64,000 bases of DNA from Anaerolineae bacterium (GTDB lineage: Bacteria > Chloroflexota > Anaerolineae > B4-G1 > SLSP01), in the NCBI GenBank assembly GCA_035415725.1, contig DAOOGN010000002.1, forward strand, positions 42,137 to 106,136, read 5' to 3'. This document shows, piece after piece, positions 9,585-19,500 of the stretch. A program made the translations under genes and the position numbers. The notes beneath the pieces were generated by a model, which was given only the letters and a program-made list of their open reading frames with translations, was not told the DNA's origin and made no database searches. The stretch's first letter is position 1. The number at the start of each line of letters is the position of its first letter.

Positions 9585-10883
9585 CTACGGACATGTACAC
9601 ACTTCATGTGGGTTACAGTCGTATTCCTCTTCACTAACACATATAACCTTTTCATTTGTATCCGTGCCCCATTCAGCACACCTTTTGCACTTGTCATATT
9701 CCGTCCTACAGCTAGGACAGCCACCATTTTGCCCACAAGTTTTATCCGGGCAACCGTCGTTGGGCAAATCAGGGCAGACACTACCGGCATCTGGGAAACC
9801 GTCGCCATCTCCATCCGGGCAACCTCGGATTGTTCCAGGCGTGTCCGGGCAACAATCCTCTTTGTCCAAGACGCCATCGCCGTCGCTATCCGGGCAACCG
9901 TCTTTTCCGGCAGCCTTTTGAGCGGCGTGGGGGCAGGCATCGGTCTTGAGCGCCGGGCAGGCTTTGTCGTTTTGTTCCACAAAGCCATCGCTGTCGCTGT
10001 CTGGGCAACCGCTCAAGGCGGGAACGCCAGCCCTTTGTGGGCAGCAGTCTGATATATCCGGCACGGTATCGCCATCGCTGTCCAATTGAAGCGTCAGGTT
10101 CAAGGCTAGCACGAACTCGCGGTCTGGGAGATTGTATTGTGCGCCATCGGGCTTCAGAAATTGCAATGTCAAGGTGATGGTATGTCGCCCCTCTTCTAGT
10201 GGTGGCCAGGCATAGTCAAATTTGAATATCTGTCCGGCATTGAAGAGCAACGCCGGTGCATCGGCGACCACTTCAAAACCCTGATTCAAGTCCAATATCT
10301 GGGCTTGAATCAAGCGGCATTGACCTGTATTGCTCAAGATGAAGGTGGTCTTCAGTCCCTCTACCGGCGATTCCAGAGAACGAACCGTACGGGTAATCTC
10401 AGCCGGGCTTTCCTGGTACACACCAAAATCGAAGTCGGGAATGTCATCCTCATCCTCAGCAGTGTTGATAGTACAGCCAGCCAATAAGTCACCCAACGGT
10501 AAAGGCGTAGGCGTGGGCGTGGGGGTGTTCGTGGGCGTAGGAGTGAAGGTAGGAGGAAGTGGCGTGGGGGTGGGGAATGGTGTATAGGTAGGTTGTGGAG
10601 TAGGTGTAGGTTCGAGCGTTGGCGTTGGGGTGCATAAACCACTGGCAGCGTCACAGACAAATGCCGGGATAGTCACAGCGCCGGCCGACCACAACCCTCC
10701 CAGGATTACACCTGCGAGCAACAGGGCTAAGGGAATGCCAATCAAAAGGACTTTGCGCAATGAGAACCCACCTGATTGAGCACGCAAAGTCTCGCAATTC
10801 TCCATCGCCTCGGCGTGCAGTTGCGCCCACAGTTCACCTACTTCGGGCGGTACAGAATTTCTAAGGGTTAAGCGTTCACTCAT
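9585..10883 (-). CDS. Single-pass membrane protein with Pro/Thr linker and thrombospondin type-3-like Ca-binding repeats (DxDxDG-x-D, Cys-paired)
   Basis: TM helix LLIGIPLALLLAGVILGGLW; long PTPTP linker; repeated CPDSDSDGF / CPDSDGDGVLD / CPDGDGDGFPD motifs typical of TSP3 repeats. Start only 5 nt after stop of upstream gene. Confidence 0.65.
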   Translation of the reverse strand: MSERLTLRNSVPPEVGELWAQLHAEAMENCETLRAQSGGFSLRKVLLIGIPLALLLAGVILGGLWSAGAVTIPAFVCDAASGLCTPTPTLEPTPTPQPTYTPFPTPTPLPPTFTPTPTNTPTPTPTPLPLGDLLAGCTINTAEDEDDIPDFDFGVYQESPAEITRTVRSLESPVEGLKTTFILSNTGQCRLIQAQILDLNQGFEVVADAPALLFNAGQIFKFDYAWPPLEEGRHTITLTLQFLKPDGAQYNLPDREFVLALNLTLQLDSDGDTVPDISDCCPQRAGVPALSGCPDSDSDGFVEQNDKACPALKTDACPHAAQKAAGKDGCPDSDGDGVLDKEDCCPDTPGTIRGCPDGDGDGFPDAGSVCPDLPNDGCPDKTCGQNGGCPSCRTEYDKCKRCAEWGTDTNEKVICVSEEEYDCNPHEVCTCP

Positions 10884-10888
10884 AATCG

Positions 10889-13800
10889 TTACCTCTTTGG
10901 CGGCGCCTGCCGCAGTGTCGGGCGGGCGGCGCCAGACTTGTTGGCCGGCGCAGCGACTGGACGGGTCACAGGTTCGGCGGCGGGGGCGGCAGTCTTCGTT
11001 TGCGCTGGTTTGGACTTGTTCCGGGATGATTTCCTCTTTTGGGGCGCGACTTGGCCCTCAGTCGCCCACGGCTCCGTGGCCTCTTGCACGATCTCCCACA
11101 GCCGGCTGGCCGTGTCGCGGCGGCCTTCGGCCTCGGCGTGGCTTGCCTGTTCATCCACGCCCTGGCGGATCGCCTGGTAGGCTTTTTCGGCCAGCCAGCG
11201 CGATTGCGGCACGGTCAAAATCTGCTGTTGCAACTGCGTCACTGCGTCGGGCAGCGCCAGGATGCCCGCGATCTGGCGGCCCAGGGCGGCAATCAGCTCT
11301 TGTTGCAGGGCCTCATAGTTGATCTGCAAGGCCTGGCGCGGCAGCGCCAACAAGGAGGAGGCATTCTCGTCCAGGCTATTGAGCATCCCACTGTTTTCCA
11401 ATTCTTTGTAAAGCAGCGCCAACCCTTGCATCGCCTGGCTGGTGCGGAGCCGTTGCGCCTCGCCCAATTGCGTCGCCACGGTGTAGTGAGTTCCAGCCTC
11501 TTTGCCCACCTGCGCTAACCCCGCGCGGTCGTTCCAGAGCAATTCGAGCGCCTGCCACAGGTCGCGCAACCGTTTGACCGCTTGTTGGACGTCGCGGGTC
11601 AGGGTTTGGAGCGCGCGGACTTGTTCAGCGTCGTAACGGTAGACCGGCGCGGACGGGAGAGACTCTGGCGCGCTGGTCGCGTCGGGCGCTTCCGTCGCCA
11701 CCGGCGCGGCAGACGGCATGGCCTGCGGCGTCTGGAGTTTAACTTGACCCGCTTCTTCAAGCAGTTTCTTAAATGCGCCCACCTGCTCCTTTAGCGCGTT
11801 CAAAGCGCCGTCGGCAATGCGCCATCCCGTCCCAATGTCGGCGGGATGCATTTTCTCCGGCAAGAAAGGCACTTTGTCCAACGGCAGGCTGCCCAAGGCG
11901 TTATTAAACGCTTCGGCGCGCGTCAACAACAGTTCCGGTTCGCGGAACCCACTCATATCGTGGAGTATCAGCAGTTGTTCGGCGGCGGCGGCCAGGATAG
12001 TTTTCGGCAATTCCAGCGTCGCCCGCATTTCCGGGGAAGGCAATTCCAGCGCAATGGTTCTTTGCCACCACGCCTGGTAATAAAGCGCCAATACCCGCTG
12101 CGGATCGGCGGTGGGATGTTGTTTTTGCTCGTTCACCGCCTCCTGCAAGGCGCGGTGCAGGCCCTGCACGGCGGCGCGCTCGGCAGTCTTCAGGCTTTCG
12201 CGCAAGGCCTTTGTGCGGAGGGGGGTGGCCTGCGCCAAGGCATCCAGGGGCGTATCGGCCAGGTCGCGGCCAATGTGGATAACCTGCGCGTAATTTTTCC
12301 GACCGGCTTCGGGTTCCAGGTCGTTCACCGGCTGTAACGCGGCAGCGAGTTCCATCGTGGCCGCGCGTTCCAATTCGGCGCGGGCCGCGGCCAGGTCGTT
12401 GGTGGATACGGCGGCGTGCGTCGGGAAGGCAACGGTTTTGCTTTCCTGCGCGGCGGCCTGGAAGCTATAATCAGGGGTGGTCGCTAGGCGATTCAGGAGC
12501 GCACCCAAGTCGTGTTCCGCTGCCAGGCGCGTGCGCAAAGCCCCACTCAGGTTACGGAGCCGTTCCTGGACAGTGGTTGACAGTCCATTATGCAGTACCT
12601 GCGGAATGTCATTCCATAGCGCATCAAGTTCTTCCAGGGCGGGGCGGAATTCGTGGGAGCGGGCGCGTTTTTCAAGGCGTTCCAGTTCTTCCTGGATAAA
12701 GTCTTCCAGGTGCGTCAGCAGGGTTGCGCGCCACTCTGTCGTGCGTTGACGCAACTCTGTCCAACTCTGTGGCCCGGCCAGCACGTCCAGGTCTTCGGCC
12801 AGGCGTGCCAGCGTCTCTTGCCGGTCGGCCAGGCTCAGCCAGTAGGGGCGGCCCTCGCCTTGTAGCCGCTGCGCCACCGCCATAGCCCGCTCTACCAGCG
12901 CGTTCATCCCGCTGAATACGGCCTCGCTCTGCGGGAAGCGCTGCGCTCCCTCGCGGAGGCGCGCGCCAAGTTGCCCCAGGCCATCCTGGGCTAAAGCCTG
13001 GCATAAAACCTGCCACTGTTCGGCCGCCCGGTTGCGCGATTCCTGTGCAGCGCGCCCCTGATCGTCGCGCAGGTCGTCCAGCGCCTGGCGCAGGTCATCA
13101 AAACTCTGCGGTTGAGCCAGCAACGCCGCCGCACTCAAGCGGTTCGCCACACGGCGCCGGGCCTCTTCATGTTTCTGGCGCAGCCCGGGCGTCAGGGGCG
13201 TGCGCGTTTGCAGCGCTTCGCACAGACTGACCGCCTCGGCGTAATCGCCCTCATCCCAGGCGCGCTGGATGTTGCGAGCGGCGTCGCGGGTGATTTCAAT
13301 CCGCTGTTGTAGCGTCCCCGCCTCGCTGCGCAGCTCAGTTTGCAGGTGGAAGGGCCGCGCCCCGACCGCGTCGGGCAACGTCTGCCCGCCGGCCAGGTCG
13401 CGCAAGGCGCGCCGATCCCAACCATCGAAACGCTGCAACTGCGCCAGGGCCTGCTCGAATTCCTCATTATTCAGATAGGTTTCGGCGTTTTGCCGGCAAC
13501 TGCGCGCCTGTTCCAACAAGCGCGCGCCGGCCTCGGCCTCAGCTTGCATCTCGCGGGCCTGGGTGCGGGTGGGGGCCAGTTGTAGCACCACGCGCACCTG
13601 TTCCAGGGCGGCGTCATAACGCCCGGCGACGATTTCCTGTTGCGCGGCGTGAAGTGCCAACGCCTGTTGGCGCAGTGCGTCGGTCACTTCTATGCGGGTC
13701 TGCATCTGTCGCGCAAAAAGCTGCGCCCGGCGTTGGGCGGGGTCCTCGCGCAGGATGGCGTCAAAGCGTTCCGCCGCCGCCGCGAATTTCTGCCGCACGT

Positions 13801-15523
13801 TTTGGTAGGTTTCGGCAGCCTGAGCGTAATCGGCCTGCGACTCATCGGCGGCGCGCGCTTCCTTCAACGCAGTTTCGCCTTGCGCCACGTTCTCATCCGC
13901 CTGCACGTAATGGGTCAGAAAGTTTCGGCGCTGGCTTTCCCGCGTGCGTTCCAACGTCAACCGTTCCTTGAATTCCGGCTCAAAGGGCGCCAACTCCTGC
14001 ACTTTTTCCAGTTCTTTCACCGCCCCGGCGTGGACGTCAATTTTTTTCGCTTCGACGGTCAACCAGTCCGGCGTCAGTTCATCCAGGTGATTTTCGGCTT
14101 CGGCGAGCGCAGCGGCGATCTCACGGGTGTAGCGCGTGCCTCCCGTAATCCAATGCTCCAAATCTTGAAGAGGTTCCCAGGTGCGGCTCTCCGGGCGCAG
14201 ACGTATCACTTCCGCCAGCGCGCCCTGGGCATCCTGCCAGCGACGCTCAACCAGAGCTTTGATCATACGGCTTTCCAGGACTTCCCATTCGGGCGTGCGG
14301 CGCTCGTCGGCGCCCTGATGTTGTAACTTGAGCAACTGCCCAACCCGCGCGAACCGCTGGTAGATGGTTGCCAGGCGCGCTGCCTCGCTCTCCGGCGACA
14401 AGATTTTAAGCTGCGCGGCAAATTCCTGGTCGGCCTTTTCGTAAGCACGGGTTCCCAACGTCACCAGCGCCTGGGCAATGGGCAACCAATTCTCTTTGTC
14501 CAGTTCGTCGTGCGCCTGTTTGCGCGATTGCTCGAAGGATTGGCGGGCGTCAGCAGGCGGATTAAGACGCAACGCCAGGTCGGCAATCGCCAGGACGCGG
14601 TCGTAACGCGCCGCGGGTTTGGCCTGCCACAGGCGGTCGTCCAGGCGGCGGAAAACGCCGGAGGTTTCAATTTGCGCCAACACGTCGTTCCACCAGGCCA
14701 CGTCAGCCGCCAGCACTTCGATCTGAGGGTAACGGCGTTTAACATCGCGGTGGAGGAGTCTGGCGACGATTTGCCGGCTGCCGGCGGTTAAATTGCTCCA
14801 CCCCAGGTTGCCCATACCCAGGTTCGCCGGCGGGCGGCCCTCGGCATCCACTGGGATGTGGTGTCCGGTCAGCAGATAGTAAAGATGCCCGCCGAAGAAG
14901 AAGAGGTCCTGTGCCATTGATTCCGGTCCACCCGTAACGTTCCAGTCAATCATCTTGAAGATGAAATCATGATGTTCTTCATCCAGCCATTGCACACGGA
15001 AGCGGTCGCCCTTGGTGGCCGGTTCGAAATCCTTGAGCGACATCCCGCTGTGGTGCGTCAGCGCGATCACGTCCACTACCGCCTGGGCGATGGCGAAGAC
15101 GCGGCGCTCATCGGCGGGCGAGGTCACGTCGAAGCGTTCCAGAGTTGGCGGTGCGATCTCCTGCACCACAAGTGGTTGTCCCGGTGCCATGTCGCCGGTG
15201 TCCAACAGGGCGATGATACGGCGCTTAGAGGCAGTTTCCTGGGTACGCCGGTAGCGTGACATAGCGTCAGGAAGGCGCTGCCAAGTATCGTCTTCAGCTT
15301 GATTGAGCTGCGTAAGGACCTGGGCTTCACGTTGCAGGGCGGCAGCTTTGCCTATATCGTCAGCCGCATCGTCACGCACGATTTTGAGCACCACCTGCGC
15401 GTTCTCTATACCATCCAGCAACGCCAGATAGGCATCCGAGATCGCGCCGCGTCCCAGGCGCTCGCCCTGCACACGATAGCGGGCGGTATTAAACGTTATG
15501 ACTTCGCCGTCGTAAAATTTCAT
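10889..15523 (-). CDS. 1544-aa protein: N-terminal degenerate protein-kinase-like domain followed by ~1200 aa all-alpha (TPR/coiled-coil-like) region and Ala/Pro/Lys-rich tail
   Basis: Gly-loop-like LGRGAISDAY and VVLKIV (beta3 Lys) near N-terminus; catalytic-loop position reads HHSGMSLKDFEPA and DFG position reads IDWNVTGG (non-canonical), suggesting pseudokinase or atypical kinase; rest helical, E/A/R/Q/L rich. Confidence 0.7.
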   Translation of the reverse strand: MKFYDGEVITFNTARYRVQGERLGRGAISDAYLALLDGIENAQVVLKIVRDDAADDIGKAAALQREAQVLTQLNQAEDDTWQRLPDAMSRYRRTQETASKRRIIALLDTGDMAPGQPLVVQEIAPPTLERFDVTSPADERRVFAIAQAVVDVIALTHHSGMSLKDFEPATKGDRFRVQWLDEEHHDFIFKMIDWNVTGGPESMAQDLFFFGGHLYYLLTGHHIPVDAEGRPPANLGMGNLGWSNLTAGSRQIVARLLHRDVKRRYPQIEVLAADVAWWNDVLAQIETSGVFRRLDDRLWQAKPAARYDRVLAIADLALRLNPPADARQSFEQSRKQAHDELDKENWLPIAQALVTLGTRAYEKADQEFAAQLKILSPESEAARLATIYQRFARVGQLLKLQHQGADERRTPEWEVLESRMIKALVERRWQDAQGALAEVIRLRPESRTWEPLQDLEHWITGGTRYTREIAAALAEAENHLDELTPDWLTVEAKKIDVHAGAVKELEKVQELAPFEPEFKERLTLERTRESQRRNFLTHYVQADENVAQGETALKEARAADESQADYAQAAETYQNVRQKFAAAAERFDAILREDPAQRRAQLFARQMQTRIEVTDALRQQALALHAAQQEIVAGRYDAALEQVRVVLQLAPTRTQAREMQAEAEAGARLLEQARSCRQNAETYLNNEEFEQALAQLQRFDGWDRRALRDLAGGQTLPDAVGARPFHLQTELRSEAGTLQQRIEITRDAARNIQRAWDEGDYAEAVSLCEALQTRTPLTPGLRQKHEEARRRVANRLSAAALLAQPQSFDDLRQALDDLRDDQGRAAQESRNRAAEQWQVLCQALAQDGLGQLGARLREGAQRFPQSEAVFSGMNALVERAMAVAQRLQGEGRPYWLSLADRQETLARLAEDLDVLAGPQSWTELRQRTTEWRATLLTHLEDFIQEELERLEKRARSHEFRPALEELDALWNDIPQVLHNGLSTTVQERLRNLSGALRTRLAAEHDLGALLNRLATTPDYSFQAAAQESKTVAFPTHAAVSTNDLAAARAELERAATMELAAALQPVNDLEPEAGRKNYAQVIHIGRDLADTPLDALAQATPLRTKALRESLKTAERAAVQGLHRALQEAVNEQKQHPTADPQRVLALYYQAWWQRTIALELPSPEMRATLELPKTILAAAAEQLLILHDMSGFREPELLLTRAEAFNNALGSLPLDKVPFLPEKMHPADIGTGWRIADGALNALKEQVGAFKKLLEEAGQVKLQTPQAMPSAAPVATEAPDATSAPESLPSAPVYRYDAEQVRALQTLTRDVQQAVKRLRDLWQALELLWNDRAGLAQVGKEAGTHYTVATQLGEAQRLRTSQAMQGLALLYKELENSGMLNSLDENASSLLALPRQALQINYEALQQELIAALGRQIAGILALPDAVTQLQQQILTVPQSRWLAEKAYQAIRQGVDEQASHAEAEGRRDTASRLWEIVQEATEPWATEGQVAPQKRKSSRNKSKPAQTKTAAPAAEPVTRPVAAPANKSGAARPTLRQAPPKR

Positions 15524-15594
15524 AGAAGCTCCTCAAAAGGCAGTTGCAAGAAAAATTTTAGCTCTACGTTCTCTGTACCTTTGCAGTGCCATGT

Positions 15595-16515
15595 TCATGG
15601 TAAATAGCGCAGCAAGGCAACACTGTTATCCTGCGTGGCTGCCGCCACGCAGCGGCCACACACCAGGGAAAGGTTATTGACCGTCACGCGCAAGGCTGTG
15701 GAGGCCAGTACAGCGCCGCTCGCGGCGTCCACGATAGCGACGCGGCCTTCGTAGCCGCCACCCACCGCAAGCAGCGGCGCGGCGGCGTCTGCAGCCAACG
15801 TCGCCGGGCTATCAAGGTTTTGCTTCCAGAGCACTTTGCCGAGGTCGGCGCTATAGGCGATCAGGCGCACTGCGTCGTATTCGTCCGGCGTGAGAACCGC
15901 GACGCCGGCGTTGTCGGCCAGCGCAGCGACGGCCATCACGGCGCCATCACACTCGCGGCGGTGCAGCGCCATGCCACTGCCGGCGTCCAGCGCGAGCAGC
16001 CAGTTGGTGCCGCTGCTTGCGCTGCCGACATAAAGTATATTGCCGTCTGCTGTCAGACTGACTGACCAGTTGCACCCGTGCACCGCCTCGCCACTGTCTT
16101 GCTGCCGCCACACCACGTTGCCTTCCAGATCAAGCATAGTCAAGGCAAAGGTGTAGTGCCCCAACACAATCCGTTCCGCCGCAAAATCCAGCGTATGGAT
16201 GCCGTTAACACTATGATGCAGATGACGGGGATCGAGACTGAAACGGCCCGCGGATGGTTCCAGGTCGCAGACAAGGAGGTCGCCCAGGCGCGTCGCCAGG
16301 GACAGGCGCGTGAAGTCGAGGGAGGTGCGAATTTGATGCACTGGCATCTCGGCGTCGGCGGCAGGATACGCACCCAGACGATGGCCACTCAGGTTGAAGA
16401 CGGCAGCACCAACTTCACTTCCTACAGCCACATACTGCCCATCACCGGACTGCGCGATGCTGGAGACCGGGCGGTAGACCTGGATCCATCTGAAGATTTC
16501 GAGGCGAGCGGGCAT
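15595..16515 (-). CDS. Beta-propeller repeat protein (WD40/PQQ-like)
   Basis: 306 aa with repeated short beta-strand blocks (VAVGSEVGAAVF, ILYVGSASSG, LLAVGGGYEGRVAIVD) typical of propeller blades; start 3 nt after stop of tubulin-like gene (tight coupling). Confidence 0.6.
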   Translation of the reverse strand: MPARLEIFRWIQVYRPVSSIAQSGDGQYVAVGSEVGAAVFNLSGHRLGAYPAADAEMPVHQIRTSLDFTRLSLATRLGDLLVCDLEPSAGRFSLDPRHLHHSVNGIHTLDFAAERIVLGHYTFALTMLDLEGNVVWRQQDSGEAVHGCNWSVSLTADGNILYVGSASSGTNWLLALDAGSGMALHRRECDGAVMAVAALADNAGVAVLTPDEYDAVRLIAYSADLGKVLWKQNLDSPATLAADAAAPLLAVGGGYEGRVAIVDAASGAVLASTALRVTVNNLSLVCGRCVAAATQDNSVALLRYLP

Positions 16516-16518
16516 GGC

Positions 16519-19500
16519 TCAGTTGCCTGCCTTTCGGGCAATTTCGGTCAACCGACCAATCTCGGCATTGAGAATGAGGTGCATTATGGTCCCCATATCG
16601 TACACGCGCTGCGTGGCAGTCTGCTTTTTGAATTCGGCCACGTGCCCGTCGCGGAACGCATTAAGTTTCTCAATGCGACGTTTGGCATTATGCGCCTGGC
16701 GTCTGGCGTCATCCGGTTCAGTCTGGGCATCCGGGCCGAGCGCATCCGTCACATTGCGCAACGCCTCGCCGAGAGCGCGCAAGGTCAGAGAGAATGGATT
16801 TTGGATGTGCCCCAGGTCCACACCCTGCCGGGTCAAGGTGTCCACAAGAATCATGATCATCGAATCCGGCACGCCGGGTTTCTGAGTGGCTTTGAGGACA
16901 AAGTTTTGCAAAGCATTCAAGTAACGCCGCGCGGTCTGGCCTTCAGGCGGTACGACGTCAAAGTTTTTGTCCAGTTGACGTAGGCGGCGGCTCTCGCTCA
17001 ACGGCATCAACCGTCCGCCGTGATTGCGTAGATCAAGGTAGACTTCGGTAGTTTCGACGCTGGTTTCGGCATCGTAGTACAGGCCCTCTTTGATCAAGCC
17101 ATACGCGCAGGCCAGGGTGAAGATCTTGAGTTTGTCCTCATCGCCCATCGCGATAACCAGTTCGGGCGACAGAGGACGCATGCGGTTCTCCGGCTCGCCG
17201 AGCTTCTCAATCATGTTTTCGTAGTCGGTCACAATTTGTTCTTCGGGGAAGAGATGAATGCTTTCTTTACCACGATCCAGCTTGACGCGATAATCGTTCT
17301 CGCAGGCGATGAACTGATCCACCGCGCGTAACTTGACACCGCGCGCTACCTCGACAACGGTGCAGGCAACGCGGCTTTCAGCCGCCGCATTCACCGTGCG
17401 TCCCTGGTCGCCCAGGATGGCCCGTGCACGATCCAGGAATTCCCGCGCTTCCTCTGTAGTAGCACCGGCAAGGTTGAATGAGATGTAGCGCTCGTGCCCC
17501 ATGGATTTGCCATTGGCTGAAGGGTTATAGCGTAGAAACGGCTCGTTGATTTGTCCCACGACATTGACGAAACTGGAATAGGATTTGAACTCCACAGCAA
17601 TGCGGTCGGCGACGGAAATGTTGTCACGTACCACCTGGAACAGTTCCTTGGAACCGGCAAAGAATTTGCGGGCGATGTCCTCCGCCCCTTTGGCTTCCTG
17701 CGCCCACATGCTGACCATTTTGTAATCCAGAGGCGCAGTGTCATCTTTGCGCTCCCACGTCAGCCCCTTGACGCCGCGCACCTCGCCCAATACCTGCGCC
17801 GCCACAAATTCGACGTACTCCGGCTGCCGGTACAACTGGTCTTCAAACTCCGGGCTGGTGAGATAGCGGCGCACCTTGATCTGGCGCTTTTCGCGGCGGT
17901 TGTTCTCATGGATGCGCGACCAGTCCTGGAGAACTTTGCTGGTTGCCTGCAAAGTGCCCTGCCAGGCTTCCAACTCTTGCGCAGCCTGATCCACCACACT
18001 CAAATTGCCGCTCTGATCCATCTCACCGGCGCCGAGGGCATCCAACACATCCAGCACTACGCGGTAAATACGACGGTGCAGCAGTAGGTTCATTTTCTCA
18101 CTAAACCAAGCGGTGTAGGAATCCTGCGCCTGACGCGGCTTGGACTTCTTGGGAAACAACCCACCGGACTCCTCTTTGGTATCCTGCATCCAGGCGATGG
18201 CATCACGCAGACCCTCACTGGCCTGGCGTAAGCGGCTCTCGGTCTCGGAACGACGATATTCCTCCTCAAGAATTGTTTTGAAGCTGACCAGACGGTCCTT
18301 CAGCGCGGCGACAAGGGCGCGCGCCATGGGCAGTTGCGCTTCGACCAATATCTTGGAGCGCGGGTCGCGGCGATTGAGGATATCCAGTAATTCCACGTCC
18401 AAAGCTTCGGAGAAACGCAAGCGCAGCGCATCGCGGTAACGCGCCAGAATGATATCCCACTGACCGCCCTCGCGGGCTTCTTCGTCATCGGGATTGTATT
18501 GCGGGCCCAGGCAATCATCCATGAATTGGTCACTGAAGTTGATGAGGCGGGTATACCCGTCATCGAAGCTTTCCTGTTTATATTCACCGTCTTTGGTGGC
18601 GATCAGACCGCCATAGAGATAATCCATCCACTGTTGAATGGTCTGGTAGTCCTCGGCAAAGGCGCCTTCGGAGAGCGCGATCATGTTGAACAGCCCGGAC
18701 CAGCTCATATCGGGCATTTCCGGGTCTATCTTTTTGGTGGCCACAATGGCTTTCTGCACCACGCCGGGATTGACACGCCCCCTCACGTTCGTATCGGCAA
18801 ACACTCGCTCCACCTCTTTGGCGGCAGCCAGTACAACCTGCGCTTGCGCCTTTTTGTCGGGGATGGGCAAGTACTGCCGGCGTAGCAGTTCTTGCAGGAA
18901 ACGGTAGGAGAAACTCTCAATGATGTCGTCCACAGGCAAGATGTAGGTATAGACGTTAAAACTGCTGTATTGCCAGCCTTCTTCTTTATCATAGTGCAAG
19001 CCGGCATTGGAACGCATACTGGCGAGCGCATCGCCCAGAGTTTGGTCAATATGCGCCATCACAAAGTCGGAAATGATGGGGAAGACGCCGCGCTTCGGAT
19101 CGCCGCTCAAATTCATGTCGCCGGCGGCGCTGGGACAGGTGGTATCCACCAGGTAGATGTGGTCTAGCGGCTGATTCGTGCTCCATGTAATTGAACGTAG
19201 ATCATCGCCGTAGCGGATCATATAGGGCAGCATGTTGCTGTGAGTGCGCACGAAGCGATCCAATTCACGCAACGCAGCGTAGGTGTTGGGCTTGAGATTT
19301 GTCGGATCGTTCATCATGGTGGTGTAGGAACTGAAAGCGTCGGGCAGCACAATGACGGCTGAGACATCCAGGGATTGCCATTTAGAATTGGACTGCTTGG
19401 CATGGCCGACCAAGTTAGCAACGTCCACCATGAAGCCGGAACCGGTGCCGCCAGCTACCGAGCCAATGATGAAAATCTGGCGTTTGCTTTGCTCAATTTT

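Noticed and set aside
16078-16983. 301-aa plus-strand ORF spanning the beta-propeller/tubulin-like junction
   Set aside because: Antisense to two coupled genes with good domain evidence. It has no SD and Arg/His-rich composition.
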